64,000 nt of DNA from a virus: IMG/VR virus record IMGVR_UViG_3300014501_000016, positions 2,892 to 66,891 of that record. The stretch is one strand, 5' to 3'. Under the pieces are notes generated by a model, which did no database searches, was not told the DNA's origin, and saw only the letters and a list, made by a program, of their open reading frames with translations. Shown in pieces: positions 27,950 to 36,490 of the stretch (positions within the stretch are counted from its first letter, which is position 1; each line of letters starts with the position of its first letter). The position numbers were made by a program, and so were the translations under genes.

Positions 27950-30003
27950 AGCGAATTCTCACTTTTATCGTGCTGCTGGCCTGTGCCATGGTCGCGAGCG
28001 CGCAGGTTCAGCAATCCGAAGTATGGCGGCCAATCACGGGCTATTCAGGCAACGGCCATGTGATCGCGACGGTTAACGGGCCCCTGACGCTGGGCGATTG
28101 CGATCAAAATGACGCGTATGGGAACATGGTAGATTCTGGCTTCCCTTGTACGGGTGGCGTAGATACTCGTCCCTCTGTTATTCAGTCTACGGTGAAAACC
28201 TCTGGCGGGGGCGTGCCATTGGCTGGTAGCGGTACAGCGCAGGTCTTCACTGTCACCGGTGCCGGAACGATCACCTACATCCACTTGACATTCGGCCCAG
28301 TCACCGGCGGAGACGCCGCTAACGTCATCCAGAACAGCACCCTCAATATCAACTGCGATGGCAACCCGCAGCTCGTCTCTCTAGGTGGATTTTTTCTGTC
28401 TCAGGATTCGCCGGCCGCCTTCGATACGGAGTACATCGGCATCCCGTCAACAGTCGCGGGATTCGCAACGAATGAAACATTCAACCGCCGCACCCAGATA
28501 AACTTTTACAGCGGCTGCACTATGACTGTTGTAAATGCCAGCTCAACCGGCGCTTCCCAGGTTTTTGCCGACGTTGCGTATAGATCAGGGACTCCGTCAT
28601 CTGGACCAACGAATTATTGGAACGCTTTCACCGCGCCATTTCAGCAGCTACCGGCAAACACCAGCGCATATAACTTCCCTCAGGTGTACATCCTTCCGCC
28701 GACCACGTTTTCAGGCGGCGGGGAATTTGAGTACATCGAAGAGTACTTCAATTCCGCGTCAAGCTACGGGTACATGGAGTCGACACCGATCGTGCTGGCG
28801 GATAGCGGTATTGCGGCGCAATCTGGCGGTCACGAAGACTTCTATGGTTCTGGTTACTACTGCAATGCGGTCAATGGGACTCCGCAAAGTTTCACGACGA
28901 GCAAGTATGGCTGCCTACTCTCGGCTGGCCTGCAAAATAAGGCGTCTGCGGATGACTTTGTGGGTTACCGATTTTTCACGAGTAACCCGGCTGACAACAT
29001 ATTTTTCAACAGCACGCTCTCCGTTTCCTCTGCGAACGGCGGCAGTAACTGTTGCTCCGCAGGAACCGTCGGCTGGGGCGGCATGGTCTCCTATTTCTCT
29101 AGAGTCCCTACTGTCGCTCAAATCAATTTCTCTCCCGCAGCCGGGACCTACACGGGAACACAGAGCGTAGCGCTTAGTGGAGGTCCGACCGGCGACTACG
29201 TTTGCTATGCGACCGGAAGCACTGTCCCAGTCTCCAATGGTTCAGGTGGGTGCTCGACCGGAACTCTCTATTCGAGCGCCGCCAGTGTGGCCACCTCGGA
29301 GACCTTGAACGCGGTAGGGGCAAAGTCTGGGTATAACAGCAGCCCGATGTCTTCTGCGGCTTATATCATCAACGCGGCATATAGTTCGCCCACCTATCGG
29401 ACGACATGCAACAACACTCCCGGGGCCGGGACTACGACTACGGTTAACTGTACCCTCACGCCGACCGCAGGAGACCTCGTGTTCGCCGTGTGCCGCGGGG
29501 GGAATGCATCGCAGACCAGCTACACAGTGACCAGTTCGCCGTCTGGAACATATGCCGCGATGACAATCGCCAATGGTGCCGGTGGCAGCAGTCAGGCGAG
29601 CTACGGGTTTGGCGCAACGGGTGGATCTACCACGTTTACCTGTACGACCGGCGCTGGTGGAACTAATTACCAGGGAATTCAGGTCTTGGACTATGCGCCG
29701 GGCTCAGTCACGTCGCTTGCGGCTGGATCATCGAATGTACTCGCCTCAACATCAACCTTCACCTCGGCCGCCATCAGCACGACCGGAGCGGCGTTCTTTA
29801 TCGCATGCGGGGATGCCCAGTACGGACCGCCAACGCTCTCCGTTGGAAACATCAATGGCAACACGGCGACAGCAAGAACGCTCGCATCCCCATCATCCGG
29901 ATGCGAAGATTTGTCAGTAGCTTCCTCTGCTACAAGCGCGACGGGAACAATAGGGGCCAGCAGCGCCGGTACTTGGGATGGCGTGATTGCCGCGTTCCAC
30001 TAA
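27946..30003 (+). CDS. Signal-peptide protein: DUF2961 (GH172)-like domain plus chitobiase/CHB_HEX_C-like Ig domain
   Basis: MKRILTFIVLLACAMVASA|Q; GAGTITYIHLT and GGHEDFYGSGYY; FSPAAGTYTGTQSVAL...TLNAVG. Confidence 0.7.
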   Translation: MKRILTFIVLLACAMVASAQVQQSEVWRPITGYSGNGHVIATVNGPLTLGDCDQNDAYGNMVDSGFPCTGGVDTRPSVIQSTVKTSGGGVPLAGSGTAQVFTVTGAGTITYIHLTFGPVTGGDAANVIQNSTLNINCDGNPQLVSLGGFFLSQDSPAAFDTEYIGIPSTVAGFATNETFNRRTQINFYSGCTMTVVNASSTGASQVFADVAYRSGTPSSGPTNYWNAFTAPFQQLPANTSAYNFPQVYILPPTTFSGGGEFEYIEEYFNSASSYGYMESTPIVLADSGIAAQSGGHEDFYGSGYYCNAVNGTPQSFTTSKYGCLLSAGLQNKASADDFVGYRFFTSNPADNIFFNSTLSVSSANGGSNCCSAGTVGWGGMVSYFSRVPTVAQINFSPAAGTYTGTQSVALSGGPTGDYVCYATGSTVPVSNGSGGCSTGTLYSSAASVATSETLNAVGAKSGYNSSPMSSAAYIINAAYSSPTYRTTCNNTPGAGTTTTVNCTLTPTAGDLVFAVCRGGNASQTSYTVTSSPSGTYAAMTIANGAGGSSQASYGFGATGGSTTFTCTTGAGGTNYQGIQVLDYAPGSVTSLAAGSSNVLASTSTFTSAAISTTGAAFFIACGDAQYGPPTLSVGNINGNTATARTLASPSSGCEDLSVASSATSATGTIGASSAGTWDGVIAAFH

Positions 30004-30019
30004 CCAAAAAAGGAAACCC

Positions 30020-32962
30020 ATGAAGAAAACAGCGCTCTTCTTAGCGTGTTGCGTCGTCGCGCTCATTTCTCCGTGGGCCGGTGCGCAGAATACCCAGATC
30101 ACGGCCAGTCACATTGCGTATTTTGGCGCTGGTGGCACCCTCATCACGGGAACGATGTGTCTCACGCCCACGAATCAGGCCGGGCAGCCGATCAATATCG
30201 TGACCTCGGTCGGCCAGCAGATTTCGCCCCAGGTTCCGCTCTGCTTCCCGATCACGTCCGGCGTCCTGTCTTCTTTGGCTATTGTTCCCGATACCTCGTT
30301 GACGCAGCCAGTGAACGCCTGTTACAACGCGGTCATCAATAATTATTACGGAACCCAAGTCGCGGTCTTTCCCTGCATCCAGCCGAGCGGTTCGACGTGG
30401 AGTTTCGACGCATTCGTGCCCAGCTCGATGCCGTCCATTCCCGCGCTTCAGCTTCCACAGTTCAGGCACAATGGCATACTCAACACCAGCCAAAATGGCC
30501 TCAACATCGTCGGCTCCGGAGTGACTGAATCGCCGGCGGGAACCATAAATATTCCGAGCGGTGTCCTGCCAGCCGCTTCCGGGTATGGACTTGTGCCCGT
30601 GTATACAGGCCCTGGAACAGCTACCAGCCCGCAGCAGGCAGTTCTCTCCTTTGGCAGCTCCTTCGATCAGTATTCCCAGCAGCAAGTAAACAACGCCAAT
30701 TACACAACTTTCCGGGTAAACGACCTAAACAATGTTTTCTATGCAGATGGATTTACTGCGGCAGGACAATACACGGGTATTGGCGTAGCTCAAGTGGCAT
30801 ATGGAGGGAGCACAGAATACCCTCTCTGCCAGGCTGTCAGCTATTCAGGGTCGAACTACGTCGCAGTAGGGCATAGCAATATCGGCATCACGCCGGGAAC
30901 CAACTTGGCGATCTGGTCGGTCCCGGTGCCCAATTCCGGTCCGACTACGGGCCCAGACTGCGCATTTTATACTGCCTACGCTTATAGCTATTCGCGCAGT
31001 GTTCAAACGTCGCTAGTGTTTGGTGGCCAGTTCTACAACACGCAGGGAATGATTGAGCCAACGGGACTTTACTCGGTCAATCTTATTGGTCAAGGGATAT
31101 TCGGGTCTTTCTTGACTTATACCGGTACAGCCGCTACGCCAGTAATCTATAGGCCTGACGGCGGAAACAACTATACCTACCTGCAGATCAAGAACTTCAT
31201 CATCGATGGCGGAGGGGTAGCGTCGTCGATCATGGACCTTGGGCAGCTCAATCAATCGGTCGCCGAGGAGATACAAGGGCAAAATATCGCCCCGAGCGCG
31301 CTAGGATCTGGTGGCCATTTCTTTGAGTTCGGCCTATCCCCCGGCGACTCGTTTCAAATGATGGCCAAGCACATAACGACGAGCGTCCCTGGAAATCGGG
31401 GAAACTCGGCTCAGATAATTGCAAACCTGACAGGCAGCACGCTTAGTTCTTTCACGGTGACGAATGGCGGCTCTGCCTACCCACCTCCAAGCTCGACCGC
31501 TGTCTACACAGTGCAGGTGCGTGGATATCAGGGGGGAACGGCGGTCCACCCCTGCACCGTAATGCCCACATGGACCGGTGTCCCTGTCACTATCGCGGCG
31601 GGTGTGCTTACAGCCATTGCCGCCCCGACATCTGGAGGTACAGGGTGCGTCGGGCCCCTTTATGTGCAGGTCTACGAGTCGTTTCCGGTGGACTATAGCG
31701 TGATTTGGAATTCGTCCGATTCAACCATGATAGATTCCACTTTTTACGCTGGTAACTTGGCCGCTGTCGAGGTACTTGCCGGGGATAACGTATTTGTTCA
31801 TCTTCACCCGTCCATCGTCCCAAATGGTGTTATCGTGAATGGCGGTTCGGCGATATTCGATGCAACAGAGTTGGATGGAATTTTCGACAAAGGATTCCAG
31901 TTGTTCGAGCCATACCCAACGCAAGCCACTTCAATTAACGGCACACATGGATACGACGCTGGATACAGATTGGCTGGATCTGTAACCTACTACCTTGGAA
32001 GCTCGGGCACTAATGCGACCTTTGGCCCATCTGCCAGCTTGTGCGATGCTTCTGCGACCATCCCCCCGCTTGGGTGGCAGGAGTTTGTAACTCAATCAGG
32101 ACCGATTCAGACACAGGCAGACTACCTAACTAAAGCCCCAGCGGACTTTAGTGTCACCGGAAACGATACAACCTGCGGTGAGGTGATAGGGGATTATCAG
32201 CCGACCGCTACTTTCGGGAAGATTATTTCTCCGTCTATTGTCTTGAGTGGCATAACTCCAGGAACCACTCCGGTATGTCCAAACGGAACGGGAGGGGCGC
32301 TTACTACGGCAGGATGTACATCTGCTGGCGCGGGTCTCGGAGCCAATTCATTCACGGGCAGCCAAACAATCGCCAGCGGATCTGATTTGATTTTAAATGG
32401 CGGGGTAAACCTTCATCTTTACTCGGACACGAGCGCAACTTATGCCGGATGGGACTTCTTTGACGGGACGAATCAATTTTTCAAGGTTCTCGATACCACT
32501 AGCGGTGGTGCCACCGGTGCAACCATGGCCTCCGGTGGGTGCATGCAGTGGACCAGTTCCTCATCTGGGCTATCGCTTTCAGACTCGTTCATCTGCCGAC
32601 CGAACGCCCATAATTTTACGTTCGGCTCAGTGCCCGGCGACTCCATTGGAGTCGTTATGGCGGGGATGTATGTCGTCGGCGGCTATACTTTCACTGCCAC
32701 TGGATGCAGCAACTCGACTCTGGTTGGCGGAGCTACGGCGGGCTCGTTTCACTCCGGGACCACAGGTACATGCACGGTCACAATCACCATGGCGAATTCA
32801 GATACAGCACCTAACGGGTTCTCTTGCAACAGGCCGAATGATCTGACGACTAACAGCGACTCAGCTAGCTGGAGCCAAACAGCAACCACGAGCACCACAG
32901 CGACACTGTCGGGAACCACAGTATCAGGAGACGTGATTAATTTCGCATGTACGCCATACTAG
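30020..32962 (+). CDS. Signal-peptide tailspike/fibre-like protein with probable beta-helix
   Basis: [22 protein letters not shown]|Q; VNLIGQGIFGSFLTYTG and QIKNFIIDG pectin-lyase-like rungs; Ser/Thr/Gly-rich with many Cys. Confidence 0.7.
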   Translation: MKKTALFLACCVVALISPWAGAQNTQITASHIAYFGAGGTLITGTMCLTPTNQAGQPINIVTSVGQQISPQVPLCFPITSGVLSSLAIVPDTSLTQPVNACYNAVINNYYGTQVAVFPCIQPSGSTWSFDAFVPSSMPSIPALQLPQFRHNGILNTSQNGLNIVGSGVTESPAGTINIPSGVLPAASGYGLVPVYTGPGTATSPQQAVLSFGSSFDQYSQQQVNNANYTTFRVNDLNNVFYADGFTAAGQYTGIGVAQVAYGGSTEYPLCQAVSYSGSNYVAVGHSNIGITPGTNLAIWSVPVPNSGPTTGPDCAFYTAYAYSYSRSVQTSLVFGGQFYNTQGMIEPTGLYSVNLIGQGIFGSFLTYTGTAATPVIYRPDGGNNYTYLQIKNFIIDGGGVASSIMDLGQLNQSVAEEIQGQNIAPSALGSGGHFFEFGLSPGDSFQMMAKHITTSVPGNRGNSAQIIANLTGSTLSSFTVTNGGSAYPPPSSTAVYTVQVRGYQGGTAVHPCTVMPTWTGVPVTIAAGVLTAIAAPTSGGTGCVGPLYVQVYESFPVDYSVIWNSSDSTMIDSTFYAGNLAAVEVLAGDNVFVHLHPSIVPNGVIVNGGSAIFDATELDGIFDKGFQLFEPYPTQATSINGTHGYDAGYRLAGSVTYYLGSSGTNATFGPSASLCDASATIPPLGWQEFVTQSGPIQTQADYLTKAPADFSVTGNDTTCGEVIGDYQPTATFGKIISPSIVLSGITPGTTPVCPNGTGGALTTAGCTSAGAGLGANSFTGSQTIASGSDLILNGGVNLHLYSDTSATYAGWDFFDGTNQFFKVLDTTSGGATGATMASGGCMQWTSSSSGLSLSDSFICRPNAHNFTFGSVPGDSIGVVMAGMYVVGGYTFTATGCSNSTLVGGATAGSFHSGTTGTCTVTITMANSDTAPNGFSCNRPNDLTTNSDSASWSQTATTSTTATLSGTTVSGDVINFACTPY

Positions 32963-32972
32963 AGGAGTCAAG

Positions 32973-33290
32973 ATGAAGCTTCTGCCATTATTGGTTTTAT
33001 TCGCCGCCGCAGCGCAGGCCCAGGTTGCTGGCCACGCGCCAGTTCGCCACCCCGATCAAGAGTTAAGGCAGGGTCATGCAATTCTGGCCCCTCGATTCAA
33101 TAAGGATGAGGCGGCATTCAAAGCCCTCCCCGCTCCATCACCTGACGCAATCAAGGCCGAACGCGAGATGCAGCAATGCTTTGCCGTCGCCCGCGGCACT
33201 GAGGGGATGTATGGCATTCCCGATGGCCAAGGCATGAAGCCCAATTGCGACCGCCAGTTCAACGCGCTCGAAGCGATTATCGGCAAATGA
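32973..33290 (+). CDS. Small exported protein
   Basis: MKLLPLLVLFAAAAQA|Q; one Cys pair; GAGGAG RBS. Confidence 0.7.
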   Translation: MKLLPLLVLFAAAAQAQVAGHAPVRHPDQELRQGHAILAPRFNKDEAAFKALPAPSPDAIKAEREMQQCFAVARGTEGMYGIPDGQGMKPNCDRQFNALEAIIGK

Positions 33291-33317
33291 TGACGGCGGC
33301 TCCAAAAAGGAAAACCC

Positions 33318-34652
33318 ATGCTTAAGAAAACAGCGCTTCGACTCGCGCTCTGCCTTGTCGCGCTCATTTCTCCGTGGGCGGCCCTGGCGCAGAGCATCTT
33401 CAACTGTTCCACCTTCAATGGCGGTTCTTCTGGAGCGTGTTCTGTAGCGCCCTACTATGACAACACGAATGGTTTCGCGACAACCCAGCAGATTTGGATC
33501 AGATCCACCTGTCAATCAAGCGCGAGCCCGTCTTGCCTCTCTGGCACAGCGGCCAACTTCGTGCCCACGGCCGCCACGCACAACGGCTATGGGATGGCTT
33601 ACTCTGTCGGCAAAGTAAACGTTCAAGCATTCACTGAAACCTTCACCTTTGTGCCCAACGGATGGAACTTTGCGCTCGTCATGCAGGATGACAATACCCA
33701 CTCTGGCTTCGAAGGTGCCGCGTTTTCCTCCGGAGCATCATGCGAGGCTGGGTTTTATCAGGATGACGGGGTAGATCCGACCCCGAACAACCTTTTCGCG
33801 CTGGACTTCGATTCTTCCGGCTACATCGGCGGCTCGTTCAGCTACAGCACGGTGCAGATTTACCAGCAGCATCAGTCGCCCTGCCAGCCGAACGATGGAG
33901 GCACGCACTGGTATTCGACCACAAAAACCAGCACCTCTCCCGTTCCGCTGACCTCTCCAGCCAGCACGCAATACTCGACCACCGGAGACACTTACTCGGC
34001 CACGGTTACTTATGACGGGTCCACCCTGACGCTCGCAATGTACGACATGACCGCCTCAGGATCGTGCCCAGGAGCAAGCTGCTTCACCAACACCTGGTCG
34101 AACGTAAGCATCCCGTCAGTGGTGGGAGCGAGCACAGCTTGGCTCGGCTTCACTTCGGCCGTAGGAAGCGGCAGTCCGCAAGAACCTTCTCAGTACCCGC
34201 TGCTTGTGAAAACGTGGAGCTATACGGTCAATACGCCCACGGCCAATCCAAGCACCACTGCCTGGAACACAGGGTCCACCTACAACACCGGCACCGTCTC
34301 CGCGGCGAGCCCGGTTTACTCTGTGGCGCCGGGGACCTATTCAGGGACACAAAGCGTGTCGATCACCAGTTCCACCGGCAGCGCAAACATCTGCTATGTA
34401 GTGTCTTCCACCACGCCCACGCTCTACCCTCAGGTGGACAACAACGGAGGCTGCGCGGCGGGAACTGCTTACACCGGGCCAGTCTCCATCCCGTCCACTT
34501 CCACGCTCTACGCTATGGCCGGAACGCCTTGGGGTACTGGACCGCCAAGCACGCTGGTAGCAGGGACCTACACCATCAGTCCGAGCAACCAGGTGAATGG
34601 CACCATGGCCGGCGGCATGATGAGTTTCGTTTCTGAGGACAGGACCAAATGA
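33318..34652 (+). CDS. Signal-peptide protein: legume(L)-lectin-like domain plus CHB_HEX_C-like domain
   Basis: [24 protein letters not shown]|Q; [12 protein letters not shown]...FALVMQ...FALDFD...[12 protein letters not shown]...AWLGFTSA. Confidence 0.75.
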   Translation: MLKKTALRLALCLVALISPWAALAQSIFNCSTFNGGSSGACSVAPYYDNTNGFATTQQIWIRSTCQSSASPSCLSGTAANFVPTAATHNGYGMAYSVGKVNVQAFTETFTFVPNGWNFALVMQDDNTHSGFEGAAFSSGASCEAGFYQDDGVDPTPNNLFALDFDSSGYIGGSFSYSTVQIYQQHQSPCQPNDGGTHWYSTTKTSTSPVPLTSPASTQYSTTGDTYSATVTYDGSTLTLAMYDMTASGSCPGASCFTNTWSNVSIPSVVGASTAWLGFTSAVGSGSPQEPSQYPLLVKTWSYTVNTPTANPSTTAWNTGSTYNTGTVSAASPVYSVAPGTYSGTQSVSITSSTGSANICYVVSSTTPTLYPQVDNNGGCAAGTAYTGPVSIPSTSTLYAMAGTPWGTGPPSTLVAGTYTISPSNQVNGTMAGGMMSFVSEDRTK

Positions 34653-36490
34653 AGAAATTAGCGTTCGCACTCGCGCTGTTCTTGGCTTCGCTCATTTCTC
34701 CGTGGGCGTCACAAGCACAGACCACGACCATTACCGCGAGCCTGATACAGCACGACGTGTCAGGCGATCTGCTCACGACCGGCTTCTTTCAGCTGATCCC
34801 GGTCAACCAGTTGGGCAATGTCGCGGCGTTCACGGCTTGCGGCGGTGGCCAGGTGCTGCCGATCGTTTACTTCTGGCCGATTGTCAACGGCGTGATTACC
34901 GGTGGCGCGACCGTTCCTGATAGCTCTTGCGCAACGCCCAGCGGAGTTGGCTATCTCGTCTCGATCACGGCGACGAATCACCAGGTGCTCTACAGCTACG
35001 GCCAGCCGATTCATCCGACCGGAAGCACTTGGTCGTTCGATACCTGGTCCCCCACCTCGGTCTATACTCCCGCGCCAGCCAACGCAGTCGGCAGCGGAGG
35101 ATCGGCTCCGGTCGGGGCCTGCACCGCGCCGTCGATCTATTACACCGGTTCGTCGATCTACTATTGCCAGGGCGGCGTGTGGGTGCTCTTCTCCTCGGGC
35201 GGCAGCAGCACGATCAGCTGGCAAGGGGCATGGGCTAGCGGCACGACATACAGCACGGGTATGGGAGTCAGCCGCACGGTCAGCGGTGTTGCCAGCAGCT
35301 ACGTTTCGATCAATTCGAGCACCGGTGCGGCTCCTGAGAGCAACCCTGGACACTGGCAGCTTCTTGCGTCCGGGGCTGTGGGCACGGCAGGCGCAACCGG
35401 GGCGACCGGTCCAGCAGGCGCAACGGGGGCAGCCGGAGCCACGGGTGCGACCGGAACGACAGGCGCGACGGGAGGGGCAGGTGCTGCGGGCGCGACCGGC
35501 GCCACGGGGCCAGCAGGCTCAACCGGTGCGGCAGGTGCCACGGGTGCTGCGGGAGTTGGTCTCCCCACGGCGACCGCAGCGGGCCAACAACCATATTCTG
35601 CAGGGGCCGGTACCACCTATGCCGCGGACGGCAACCTGTCGCGCACGCCGGCAGGCATTCAGCGCCAGGCAATTGCCGGCAGCACAATCACTTCCTCGAG
35701 CACTATTGCTCCGACGAGCCCCGTTTCCTATGTCAGCGGGAGCGCGAGCGTCAATGTGATGACACCGCCGACCGGCTGCACGACAACCGGCGTCGATTGC
35801 AAGCTTGAACTTGTCGCGGCCGCATTCTCGAGCTGGACCACTGCGACCGGCGGCGGCGCTGGGGGATTCGCTTCCGTAAGCACCCCGCTTCCAGGGCAGG
35901 CACTTCTCTTCAGCTATGACCCTGCCGTCGGACTATGGTACCCGTCTGGGGGCGGCATACCGCAGCCGCCCGGAAGCGGCGTGCCCACGTGGGATGCCGT
36001 ATCCGGTCGCTGGGCGGGCTTCTATCCCGTCAACGGCACGGGCAATCTGGTTGCTGGCAGCGTGCTCGCAGGTTATTGCCCGCTCACCGGTTGCGCCTAT
36101 ACCGGAGGCATATCGGTCGGCGGCGCCGGTACCGGCATTGCTGGCCTAGGGACCACCGCCATCACAGCGGGCGCGAGCAGCTTTATCGGCACCGGCGGCA
36201 CGGCAGCACCCGCGACAAGCGCCATCTGCGATTCTTTTAGCGGCACGATCACGCTGACAACCGGAACGGGCACACCCACCACGGGCATGGTCCTCACGCT
36301 CACGCTGCCCAGCGGTCGGGCTTCCCCGCCCAACGTTCTCTCGAGTTTCGTTGATTCAAACGGAAATCGGGCAGCAGTCACTATGACGGTGACAGACTCG
36401 GCGGGAATAATCACGCTTGTCTATACTTCGAAGACGGCCCTGACCGCATCGACCGTTTACACCGTAACTTATATGGCCATGGGGATATAA
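34649..36490 (+). CDS. Signal-peptide tail-fibre-like protein with collagen-like stalk
   Basis: [23 protein letters not shown]|Q; [11 protein letters not shown] module; Gly-X-Y repeat run; C-terminal beta domain. Confidence 0.75.
   Translation: MKKLAFALALFLASLISPWASQAQTTTITASLIQHDVSGDLLTTGFFQLIPVNQLGNVAAFTACGGGQVLPIVYFWPIVNGVITGGATVPDSSCATPSGVGYLVSITATNHQVLYSYGQPIHPTGSTWSFDTWSPTSVYTPAPANAVGSGGSAPVGACTAPSIYYTGSSIYYCQGGVWVLFSSGGSSTISWQGAWASGTTYSTGMGVSRTVSGVASSYVSINSSTGAAPESNPGHWQLLASGAVGTAGATGATGPAGATGAAGATGATGTTGATGGAGAAGATGATGPAGSTGAAGATGAAGVGLPTATAAGQQPYSAGAGTTYAADGNLSRTPAGIQRQAIAGSTITSSSTIAPTSPVSYVSGSASVNVMTPPTGCTTTGVDCKLELVAAAFSSWTTATGGGAGGFASVSTPLPGQALLFSYDPAVGLWYPSGGGIPQPPGSGVPTWDAVSGRWAGFYPVNGTGNLVAGSVLAGYCPLTGCAYTGGISVGGAGTGIAGLGTTAITAGASSFIGTGGTAAPATSAICDSFSGTITLTTGTGTPTTGMVLTLTLPSGRASPPNVLSSFVDSNGNRAAVTMTVTDSAGIITLVYTSKTALTASTVYTVTYMAMGI
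35372..35560 (+). repeat. Collagen-like Gly-X-Y (GAT/GAA/GPA) coding repeat
   Basis: [63 protein letters not shown]. Confidence 0.9.
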
